A stretch of 63,545 bases of DNA, the filler included, from Octopus bimaculoides (taxonomy: Eukaryota), in NCBI RefSeq assembly GCF_001194135.2. It is 6 parts of 6 records of this genome, joined end to end, with 100 filler letters (N's around TTAATTAATTAA, not from the genome) between each part and the next. Parts side by side here need not be neighbours in the genome. Positions count along the whole stretch, not along the records: positions 20,941 to 40,651 come from NC_068984.1; positions 40,752 to 52,616 come from NC_069006.1; 4 more parts are not named here. One strand, 5' to 3'. Under the pieces are notes generated by a model. That model did not search any database. It was not told the DNA's origin and saw only the letters and a list, made by a program, of their open reading frames with translations. This document shows positions 39,886-49,899 of the stretch, piece after piece. Made by a program: the position numbers and the translations under genes. Position 1 is the first letter of the stretch. Every line of letters begins with the position of its first letter.

Positions 39886-40541
39886 CTGGCAAACAATCTT
39901 TACTACAAAGTACTGTTGCTGAATATTTCATGTTGTGAGATTTTAAAATAGTAATTTTCTAACGAATTTATGCAGTTTGGATTTTACAGCATGATTATAC
40001 GAGAATGATTTTAAAAAGTTTAGAAAGAGTTGCCTCTACTTATGTTAATTAGGATTTGAAGAAGAAAATTAGATTGTCTACAAGATGGAAGTTTAATCAA
40101 ATTCAGTATGGTTTATTTCACTTTTCCTACAGGAAATTATAGTTATTCCCTGACACTGGTAGGCTCTTTAGACGTTTTGAAGACATTATATGGAAACTGG
40201 AGTTTACAGTATAATTGAAAATATACATAGTTAAAAGAAAATGTATTACAAGCGTCTGAAAATCTATACACTGCAATGCTATTGCATTTCATTTTAAAGG
40301 AATACAACTAATGAAGATTAAAACAGGAGGCTGAGAAATAGTTGTTCTAGCAGTCAATACAATGTGATCCCAAATGAATTTGAATACCAAATGGTTTCCA
40401 TGACTGCAAACCTGATCAATATCAAAAACATATACATTTATGATTAAAAACGAGCAAATGAGAAAAGAAGAAAAACAATATAAAATAGCCGTTTTAAATA
40501 TTCTTGAAGTAAACGTAATATTTTGTTTGATTTTCTTTCAG

Positions 40542-40580
40542 TTTCCACGGCAACGGAGCCAATGGTACGAGACGAAAGAA
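40542..40580 (+). CDS. VWA-domain protein, exon 5 (39-nt micro-exon, (V)STATEPMVRDER)
   Basis: ttttctttcAG acceptor, GTAAGT donor, symmetric phase 1-1, open. Read-through of the donor gives ...ERSK* at 40588. Confidence 0.7.
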
Positions 40581-41026
40581 GTAAGTAGATTTAACGTTCA
40601 ATACTTAAATAGTGCCATACAATGAAAGAGAAATGTCGATAAAGAAATAGANNNNNNNNNNNNNNNNNNNNNNNNNNNNNNNNNNNNNNNNNNNNTTAAT
40701 TAATTAANNNNNNNNNNNNNNNNNNNNNNNNNNNNNNNNNNNNNNNNNNNNACACACACACACATATGCACAAATACCTAGATGATGTTGATAAAAGTTC
40801 CAATGAAGGAGCCTTGAATCTATGTTAGAGTCCGGCTCTTTCTCTATGGACAAGAAATACAGAAATGAAACTGATTGATAACATACATACATACATACAT
40901 ACATACATACATACATGCATATATACATACATACATACATACTTGATACATACATACATACATACATACATACATACATACATACATGCATGCATACATA
41001 CATACATACATACATACAAGCATACA

Positions 41027-41060
<34 letters not shown>

Positions 41061-41139
41061 CATACATACACTGAACCTGTGTTTGGAGAAGAACGTAAGT
41101 CCTTAATTCCTACGTTACAAATGGTCGCAATATCTAGGA

Positions 41140-41243
41140 TTATAAAAATCTGCAGACCTGCTTAGGATTTAACCATTTGTGTCCTGAACACCTCAACTTT
41201 ATCTCACCATATACTTGGTTTCCTGATGCACTCTACCGGTAGA
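41140..41243 (-). pseudogene. MIB2-like: Decayed MIB-like exon (second half of REP repeat 2)
   Basis: STGRV, then a 1-nt frameshift, then QVYGEIKLRCSGHKWLNPKQV, versus recalled MIB2 ALGRVGKVVKVFGDGNLRVAVAGQRWTFSPSCL. Polypyrimidine tract upstream but no AG at the expected position. Confidence 0.5.
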
Positions 41244-41538
41244 GAGAAAAAATATGCCATCCACCGGTAAACCGGTGTTACGGTCTCAAAGGGTCAAAGG
41301 ATGACGGTTAAATCATGATGCTTCCTTTCACACACTTGTTAACAAGTTGGTGGACAGTTAAAAGGAGAAAGAGACCCACAAACATACACATATATAAACA
41401 CCCACACCAATGTATATATATATATATATATATATATATNNNNNNNNNNATATATAATTATATAGATATAATTATATATCTTGCATACATACATACATAC
41501 AGACAGGCAGACATACATACACACATACACACATACAT

Positions 41539-41595
<57 letters not shown>

Positions 41596-42589
41596 CGTGT
41601 GTGTGTGTGTGTGTGTATTTGTTTGTTTTGTATCTTTTATATCTGAATTGTCTCAGTTGTTTGACTGCAGTCATGCTGGGGCACCATCTTAGGTGGCTTT
41701 TATCGAATGAATCGGCCCCATTACTTTTCTAAGTCATGTACTTATTTTATCGATCACTTAACCCGAACCACAACATAAGGGAAACGTAAACGCACCAGCA
41801 CCGATTGTCAAACGATGGTGGTGCGACAATAAACAGACGCAAAAACACACACACAACGATACATATGTATGTATGTATGTATGCATGCATGTATGTATGT
41901 ATGTATGTATGTATGTATGTATGTATGCATACATGTATGTAAGAATATATGGATCTTTTCGGTTTGGCTGTCAGCATTTCAAAAATTAAAGTTTACCGAA
42001 AATTTAAAAAATTGACACAGTAATACACTTGGCCAAACTGAATTGCTGGAATTATTTCATTTTTTCCAGAAAAATGTTTTTAAAACGTTATAGAGGTTTA
42101 AAGTTTGATCATTTTCACCCAGTCAAGAAACAGGATTTGTAAGCTGTCATTTTGTGCTTGACAGCACATTTTGTCTCAATATCCTGAAAATAGTACGTGT
42201 GGCCAATATTTGCAAACAACACGTGTTATGCCTCCGGTCATTTTGTTTCATGTAAATTAATCTTATTTTGCTGTTATTTTAGCACAAGTCACAACCACCT
42301 CAGTGCTCAATGACAACCCCCCCCCCCAAACATTTAAGCATTCAATATGCATTTAATGCAAATGCAATAAACAACACGTTATATGCGATAAATATATTAC
42401 AATTCCTAACAGAAAAATTTGGAAGAATTAGATGAAAGTTCTCCAGTAATTTTCTTTCATGTAAATAAATGTTTACGTTAATCTTAAAAAATGTTCATCA
42501 TATAAAATGTCCATGTTCCAAAAGATGTACATATTATATGTAATAAATGAAATTAAGAGTAAATAAAATATGCCTAAAAAACAAACATT

Positions 42590-42840
42590 TAAGCAAGCAA
42601 TGCAGATCCGGTGACACATTTGACGAAATAATAGACCACATTGTCTTAAGATGTCCTGTGTTGAGGCCAAATGGATACAAAAATCGCTGCAGTAGGGCAG
42701 GACAGTATTTACATTGGAAAATATGTAAACACTACAAAATCAGCCCTCCTGCTTACTGGTATGAACATCATCCTGAGCCAGTCGTTAAAGGTAAGAATGT
42801 CACTGTCCTCTGAGATTTTCCACTAAACACCGACAATACC
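42590..42840 (+). mobile_element. Dong/R4-type LINE fragment (CCHC region)
   Basis: CRSGDTFDEIIDHIVLRCPVL...GQYLHWKICKHY...WYEHHPEPVV..KNVTVL*DF. Confidence 0.8.
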
Positions 42841-42864
42841 GCTAATAATAATAAGAATAAACAC

Positions 42865-43090
42865 ACAGGTAGTAGTAATAGTGAACACAGGGTCAGTTGT
42901 AACCGTCGAAGAGGAAGAAAATGCCCTTTGAATAAGTCATGTCTCGAAAAGAACATAATATATGAATGTGTAGTCGTAACCCATAATAAAACATACTATA
43001 ACATAGGATGTTCACAACCACGTTGAAGCTTCGCTATTACAATCACATCTCATCATTCAAGCACTAAAATACGGAAAGCACGATATCGCT
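42865..43090 (+). mobile_element. Penelope-like GIY-YIG fragment
   Basis: SCNRRRGRKCPLNKSCLEKNIIYECVV..NKTYYNIG, matching the CNCR..CPL..CL..NIIY..V..YIG pattern. Confidence 0.7.
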
Positions 43091-43125
43091 TAGCAAGCTA
43101 ATATGGCAACTATTATCTCACCTAA

Positions 43126-43166
<41 letters not shown>

Positions 43167-43225
43167 CGACGTGTTTGTATATACATGTATATATAAGTGT
43201 GTGTGGTAAGGGGAAAGAAATTAGA

Positions 43226-43420
43226 TATCCTCATTCTGGAAACCTCGCCCGAATGATTGCAACAGAGTGGATTCCGTGTAAGGCCCCACACCAGACAGCA
43301 TCTTGTTGTATGGCGCATAATTACGCAAGATAAATACCCAATAATGTGAACGATCCAGTCAAGTATCCAGGCATCGCCTGTCTCCTCAACATCATAAATA
43401 GAAGAAAAGTGCCCAAGAAG
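43226..43420 (-). pseudogene. MIB2-like: Decayed MIB-like exon (end of REP repeat 1 and start of repeat 2)
   Basis: Open frame LLGHFSSIYDVEETGDAWILDWIVH...CCNHSGEVSRM aligns without gaps to recalled MIB2 FIGQTGTVHRITDRGDVRV and has the HxGxxxRM signature. The acceptor reads CAA instead of CAG and no GT donor follows. Confidence 0.5.
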
Positions 43421-43554
43421 TTGCAGCGTTGATCAAAATGAATGAACCCGAAACAAACAGAATCTTGAAGCGAACCTCCGTAAAATACGACCATATTTAC
43501 AGCCAGGTCAGTATTATAGTTTTCAATGATCATTAAGCAAAATAATATACTATA

Positions 43555-43900
43555 ATAATACTCCATGTGTATTTCTCTGTCACAACATATGAATGAGAAA
43601 GGAAGGAGTGATAGTTAAGGAAGGAAGGGGTGAAAAAATCAAAGAGCGTTTCAACTCTGTGTGAAAATATGTGTGTATGTAAAAAGGGAGGTATGTGAAT
43701 GTTTGTGTGCTTGTGTGTGTGTGTGTGCAATGGAAGTGGATGGTGGTATAATAATACTAATACTCTTGTGTCTTTCTTCGTCGCAATATATGAATGAGAA
43801 AGGAAGATGATAGGGGAATAAGAAAGGAAGGGGTGAAAAAGAAACATCAAACAGCGTTTCAACTCAGTGTGAGTATATGTGTGTATGTGTGCGTGTGTAC
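43555..43900. repeat. Local tandem duplication of an approximately 200-bp unit
   Basis: atatgaatgagaaaggaag...aaggaaggggtgaaaaa..atcaaa.agcgtttcaactc.gtgtg occurs at 43588 and 43787. Confidence 0.75.
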
Positions 43901-44189
43901 AGGGAAGTATATGATTGTTTGTATGTGTAAGTTAGCGTTCTTTCAGTAACAAACAATGATCGTTCAACTACCAGATAACATTGACAAATGTATTAATTTG
44001 ATTTACCATCCATATTTTATCTGTGTTTTTTTAAATGATTATTACAATCACACACACACCTACCCAAACATACACATATACAAACTCATTAGAGAAAATA
44101 CTTATTCCCTGAATGTATCAAGAATATAAAACAACTGCAGTTGAAAGGTATATTATAAATACACATCTTCATCTAACAATTTATACATG

Positions 44190-44860
44190 TCTTAATTTGT
44201 AGAACAAGTAAAAAGATAAATTTTATTCAACGAATAGATACTGAACAGAATATATATAAAGGATAAAATCCTTTTTTTTTTTTTCTTTTTAAAGCAGAAA
44301 AATTTGTCAGCAGCCAGCCATGAGGATCGAACTCACATCTCTCCATCCGGTTGGAATGTTTTACCATTTAAGCTAAACTGCCTGACCCCCGAATTCTTTT
44401 GCAATTTAAGAAGTTATAGAATTATCCAGGAAAAACATTATCCAAGAAAGAAAAAAACAGGATTTTATCCTTTATATGTATACTGTTCAGTATCTATGCC
44501 TTGAATGAAATTTATTTTTCTACTTGTTCTACTATACATTTCAGCGCTTCGAAAACAAACTTGTTTGTTTACATACGGCGTAACCTATACGACATCTAGC
44601 GTTCCTAGATGATTCTATAACTTCTTAGTTTGCAGAAGATTTCGGCGGTCAGGCTGTTTAGCTTAAATGGTAAAGCATTCCAACCGGATATTGGAGAGAT
44701 GTGAGTTCGATCCTCATGGCTGGCTGCCCCCACATTTTTCTGCTTTTATATATATTCTGTTCAGTATTTATGCGTTGAATAAAATTTATTTGTCTGCTTG
44801 TTCTACAATATATTTCAACGCTTCTAAAATAAATTTGTTTGTTTAAATATGTCTTAATTT
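44190..44860. mobile_element. Inverted pair of tRNA-headed repeat units (same family as 3204-3630)
   Basis: gtcaggc.gtttagcttaaatggtaaa.cattccaaccggat..ggagagatgtgagttcgatcctcatggctggctgc is on - at 44305-44390 and on + at 44644-44728, with shared flanks. Confidence 0.8.
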
Positions 44861-45054
44861 ATTTATATTAAAAAATTTTACCTAGAGTTTTTTCACAAAA
44901 AAAATTTAGCTAATAAAAGCGTTATTAAACTAAAAACTTCATTTTGCACCTTATTTATTTATAAAATATTACAATTAGCCGTCATTTTTGACGGCAAGGA
45001 ACCAGCTAGTTATAATAATAATAATAATAAAGAAAAGGAGAAGATAGTACTTAC

Positions 45055-45207
45055 ACCTGGCATACGGCGATCCCAGCCTCCATGACCGTATTGGTTGTTC
45101 TTCAACGTTTGCTCATCAACATGTGTGCATACCTTATCCCCTACATTTATCTGCACACAACTATCAGAACAACCAGACATTGTAACTTGTTTTACCTGGA
45201 AATTCAC
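45055..45207 (-). CDS. MIB2-like: Mind bomb (MIB1/MIB2 family) REP/SH3-like repeat exon, well preserved
   Basis: tttcAG acceptor and GTAAGT donor, 153 nt, phase 0-0. VQINVGDKVCTHVDEQTLKNNQYGHGGWDRRMPG versus recalled MIB2 PFQHGDKVKCLLDTDVLREMQEGHGGWNPRMAE (GDKV..L..Q.GHGGW..RM). Confidence 0.8.
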
Positions 45208-45559
45208 CTGAAACAAGAACAGCGATCTATTGTATCAAATCCATAATAACAAAGTGTATATTAGTGGTTCAAAGATACATAGATATATACAAACTTAACC
45301 GTCAACCCACTTTAATTCATCACAAGATTACACAAGTGTTGAAATGATGATTTAAAGTGGTTAGACGATTTAGCGTCTCTTTTCGGTATATAGGTAAGAT
45401 TTTTCTATGCCCTTCATTATAATTGTATGTATGATTTTACCTAAATTGGTCTATTTTTGTATGCTGGCCACTGATGAAATTTTTAATATTATCCTTTTTC
45501 TTTTATTCTTTTATTTGTTTTAATCATTTGACTATGTCCATGCTGGAGTACCGCCTTTG

Positions 45560-45700
45560 GTCGAACAAATCGACCCCAGGACTTATTCTTTGTAAGCTTA
45601 GTACTTATTATATTGGACTCTTTTGCCAAACCGCTAGGTTACGGGGACGTAAACACACCAGCATCGGTTGTCAAGCGATGGTGGGGGACAAACACAGACA
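45560..45700 (+). mobile_element. SINE 3' portion
   Basis: tcgaccccag.acttattctttgtaagc.tagtacttatt...ccgctaggttacggggacgtaaacacaccagcatcggttgtcaagcgatggtggggg followed by (CA)n. Similar tails at about 47500, 57560, 59400 and 60880. Confidence 0.75.
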
Positions 45701-45927
45701 CACAAACATACACACACACCCACACACACATATACATACATACATACATACATGCATACATATNNNNNNNNNNNNNNNNNNNNNNNNNNNNNNNNNNNNN
45801 NNNNNNNNNNNNNNNNNNNNNNNNNNNNNNNNNNNNNNNNNNNNNNNNNNNNNNNNNNNNNNNNNNNNNNNNNNNNNNNNNNNNNNNNNNNNNNNNNNNN
45901 NNNNNNNNNNNNNNNNNNNNNNNNNNN

Positions 45928-45960
<33 letters not shown>

Positions 45961-45961
<1 letters not shown>

Positions 45962-46112
45962 TACAGGCTTCTTTCAATTTCCGTGTGCCAAATCCACTCA
46001 CAAGGCTTTGGTCGGCCCGAGGTTATAGTAGAAGGCACTTGCTCAAGGTGCCATGCAGTGAGACTGATCCCGGAACCATGTGGTTCGTAAGCAAGCTACT
46101 TACCACACAGCC
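45961..46112 (-). mobile_element. tRNA-derived SINE (CORE-like family)
   Basis: Closely similar to 29030-29125 and extends to the ggctgtgtggtaagtagcttgc head. Confidence 0.8.
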
Positions 46113-46741
46113 ATTCCTGCGCCTCAAAAAAATGATGAACATCCTTAATCGATTATCGAACCTCATTGGGTTTTCATCAGAAACGTGTAAATTATGCTGA
46201 CAATTTTCATTATTATAATTTGGATAATTCACATTCACTTCGAGACAGTCTGGTTACTTATAGGCTGTTCTGACCGAGCGCATATGTGTTGAGGTAGGCT
46301 ACGAGATAGCTATAACTTAATACGATTTCGCTTATATTCGATGCTGGTGTTTGTAATAATAAGCTTGTGATGTTTCATCCCTGCTATTAGTCTATTGATT
46401 CACAGGCAGAGTTTAGGTTTTTGACGCTGTTGACAACGTCTGATAGCTTGATACTGTCCAGGTGTGGAAACAATAGTGATATCCTTTAGGAAGTTGATGA
46501 TAAACATATANNNNNNNNNNTGTGTGTGTGTGTGTGTGTGTGATTGTAAATATTTTATATCTTAGAGTATCGTTACTTTTTGTTGTCCTTCACTCTCGCA
46601 GAGTTGAACGCATTTTGGGATTTATGGTCTATGGTGATTACATATATTGATATTGATTATCTTCAGGAATAGTCTCAGACTAGGAAAACGAGACACATTT
46701 GCATCGTTGGATGTTCCTGAACCAGTTGTTATGTATCTCAC

Positions 46742-46857
46742 CTGATGGCCACTACTTTGAAGAAAGAGAAAGAGACAGTTAAACCAATTTGCTCATCGTA
46801 CCCACATTACACCTGGCATACCATTCTTGCAATTTCTGTGACTCGGAAAACTATACG
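46742..46857 (-). other. Candidate 5' exon of the MIB-like locus
   Basis: gattttacAG acceptor, with alternative donors at 46810 (GGT|GTAATG) or 46741 (CAG|GTGAGA). Confidence 0.35.
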
Positions 46858-47164
46858 CTGTAAAATCAAGCAATTTCTTTAGAAATACAAGGAAATGAAT
46901 TACTTCTTAAATTGGAATTACCTCATCATCAATACTTTGCATACACATCCGGAGATGAGGTTACTTTTCCATCACCTTTTTTCTGTCAAGTCTGACCCTT
47001 GAAGAAAACGTCCTATCTAATATTTACTTCCTTTTTCGTTGAACCTATCAACAACTTTCGCTCCTGATGCTTCTTTTCATTTTTCTTTTCAATAATTAAA
47101 ACATATCAAACGTGAACTAGAAGCAAAAGAAATATAAGGAGAAATAAAGGAATAAACAAGTTAC

Positions 47165-47440
47165 CTTAATGCGAGAGATAGAGAAATGTGCTTTGGTGAC
47201 TGGAAACGTTGGTTCTCGTCAGGACTGGACTTTGGCTCAGGTACAGCAATGACTGTCTCTAAACGTTGTGTCAGAATGTGTTTACCTCTCTTCGCTTATC
47301 GACTTATATGTGTTTCTTAGGAATGAGGAAGAATAGTAGTAAGAGAAGATCGAACAGAGAAGGAGGTGTTGAGAGAAGATCGTATTATGTTTTGTTGTTT
47401 ATTGTTCTCGTGGGTGTTGTTTTGTTGCAGATTTTGTGTC
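47165..47440 (-). other. Candidate first (5' UTR) exon of the MIB-like locus
   Basis: Non-repetitive sequence ending in AAG|GTAACT on the - strand. The 5' boundary is a guess. Confidence 0.25.
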
Positions 47441-47565
47441 ATCCTCAATTAGATACGCTAAATATCCATTACAGTCGAGCAAATCTTTGTATGCCTAATA
47501 GTTATTCTATCAGTCTCTTTTGCCGCCGAACTGTCACGTTGCGGGGACATAAATACACCAACATA

Positions 47566-47606
<41 letters not shown>

Positions 47607-48279
47607 GCATACATACATACATGTACGTGCACAGGCATTCACTTAGCTGAATGTCCGTGTAAGCTTTGAATGCAAGCTATAGAATTCATTAATCAAAGGA
47701 CATATTCATTCAACAGTTTTATTCTCCTGTGACCTAAAATATTAAAAATTACTACCATAACCATGACTAGTTTCTAAATCACATTGGGAAATCTTCTTGT
47801 TTGCACAAAAGTTGTTAATATTAAAAGCAAGAAACTACGTAAAATAAGAAATGGTACCAGTCATAAATATGCTGGATGGAATGGACTAATCATAAAAATT
47901 CTTAAATTCGTTCCTAAATAAGAAATCATTGCCACCAAACAATTTTGTTAAGAGTTGGGTGAACATCGTGCAAATGGCTCATGTGAACGGAATTAATCTA
48001 AACATCTCAAGATCGAGGGTAGATGAAGAGGAGAGGACATATGCTCTAGAAGTCAGGGAGATCGTGGATTTTGTGGGATTTCCACTAGCAATCCTTCGAA
48101 GTCTCCCTGTTTGGGGATACTAATTGTTATAAATCTTATGGTGATTCTGTTTTTACGCGCATCAATCCCCTTCTTTTTGTATCGTATCGTCCTTTGCTAT
48201 CCCCAATCTTTGATATGAAGCCTCAGAGGTCGATAAGGAAAAAATTATTATTATTATTGTTACCTTATTGATGCACTAC

Positions 48280-48850
48280 AGATTGAATTGTTGGAAAGGA
48301 AACAATTCCTACGTTGAGCTACAGCAAGTAACCTTAGATGTGTAGAAGTTTTTTAAGCATCCGAAATGTCCCTAATCACACTATTTACTGGAGCTGCACT
48401 GAACTAGGTTTTATGCTTATTTCTTCTGTCCATCTGTTCAATGGCCACTTCACTTTTTTTGCTACATATCCCATATTGACTTTCTCACTATTTAGGAAGG
48501 TAAATCCAACTACTTTGTATTTTCTATTCTCTTTGTTTACTGCAATTAACTCTAGTTTCTATCACTCTATCAGTTTGAATGTTAAAATCCCACAATATCT
48601 TATATTTCTTACCTTCTAACTCTTTACTAGGTTCATGTCCATACCATCAATCAATATGGTTAAATTTCGCTTTCTACATAACTCCCAGCGGATTGTTCTT
48701 CCTAGGTTATCATGTCTTGTATTCTTTCTGTGCCAGAATCCTACATTCACTTACTAAATAACTAACAGTTACCAATTTTGATTTACATAGCCTATATTCG
48801 GAATCTACATGGCTTTGTCTATTTTGGATTTGGTAACGATAACATAGTAC
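48280..48850 (-). mobile_element. Dong/R4-type LINE 3' fragment
   Basis: Similar to 15190-15660 (ctggagctgcact.aa.t.gttttatg...tttagga.gtaaatccaactac...gttaaaatcccacaatatctt). Confidence 0.65.
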
Positions 48851-49109
48851 GTTTGTTATCGTTACTTAGATAAATTAACCAGCACATTAGGGAGCTGGTT
48901 AGGTCTTCTCCATCTGCAACCATTAGGTGGTCAGACACTCCTCATTTTTTTGCTGAAAAAAGATGGTGAACGAGACGTGATCGTCCATTGAAAGGGACAG
49001 ATGGTCATCCGTAAACGAGAACAGCCAAGACAGTGTCAGTTATAGCAACAGCAGCAACAACAACATCAAGATGGACAAGAATTATAGCGCAAGTGAAGTC
49101 TACAAAATT

Positions 49110-49500
49110 TTCTTTTGCTTTTAGTACCACTTTCACCATTGCAGACAACGAAAGAAATATTCATCCACATCTACCTCGGTCGAAGATTGTTCAGATTTAG
49201 AATACTCAACAAACCACGAGAAATAAACATCTGTTGGTTGGTGGCTGCGCTTCTCTTGGATTTAGAAAAGAAAACCACAGTTTTAGAAGGGATTTAGAAG
49301 CGAAAACCACAGGGGATGCAGCTACAAATACAAACAAACAAGTAAGGTATCGAGGTTATCCAGGGCATTATAAAGCCCACCAAAAGGAACAGGTTTCTTG
49401 GCTGTTGGAGGCAGAAAGCGAAGCTGTTATCTGTGCAGGGACACAGACCACCTCAAAGCCTTCTGACCACAACAAAATAGATAAGTAAGTCAACAGTTTT
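49110..49500 (+). mobile_element. Dong/R4-like LINE fragment
   Basis: SWLLEAESEAVICAGTQT (about G.L..ETE..I.AAQ.Q) and HPHLPRSKIVQI*NT (HP.....RLY..R-like). Confidence 0.45.
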
Positions 49501-49899
49501 GCTGAAATCACAACCAGCAGAAAAATAACAACGGCATCAGTAAAACAGGCGATTGCTACAGTGTCAAAAGCAACAGTAACTGCAGTAGAAGCAACTTTAA
49601 TCACAATAGCAATGGCTGCAGTACCTGCAAGAACAAGCACAATATGGGACGCAAGTGCACAAAACACATCAGTAAACTCACCAAGATCAACAGCAGCAAA
49701 AGACCAAAAAATCTAGCAACAAAGAAATTATAGTTATACAACACTATCAAAACAAAATATCCAGAAGGAATAGGGGCTTTCCAGAGAGATATATGTGAAA
49801 GTATATACAAAGAGCTGCTCATGGAAATATCCACACATACCGATGGGGAAGGAACGTCCATGGCCTCAGTCAGAGAAGGTAGCATAAATGCACATGACC

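Noticed and set aside
40370-40411. Possible MIB ankyrin exon relic on the - strand (cag|VCSHGNHLVFKFIW, resembling VASHQGHL..VKLLL)
   Set aside because: Only 14 residues, the following spacing does not fit an ankyrin repeat, and it would require true interleaving with VWA exon 5. Too weak without an HMM hit.
43947-43978. Candidate terminal VWA exon (tttcAG|TA ACA AAC AAT GAT CGT TCA ACT ACC AGA TAA)
   Set aside because: Phase-compatible but very short, with a modest acceptor, and it lies inside the MIB-like block. Such matches arise easily by chance.
47266-47646. 126-aa ORF with a basic stretch and a hydrophobic segment, like a type II membrane protein
   Set aside because: It starts at a non-ATG codon, ends in a SINE tail and microsatellite, and the hydrophobic run comes from (GTT/TTG) low complexity.
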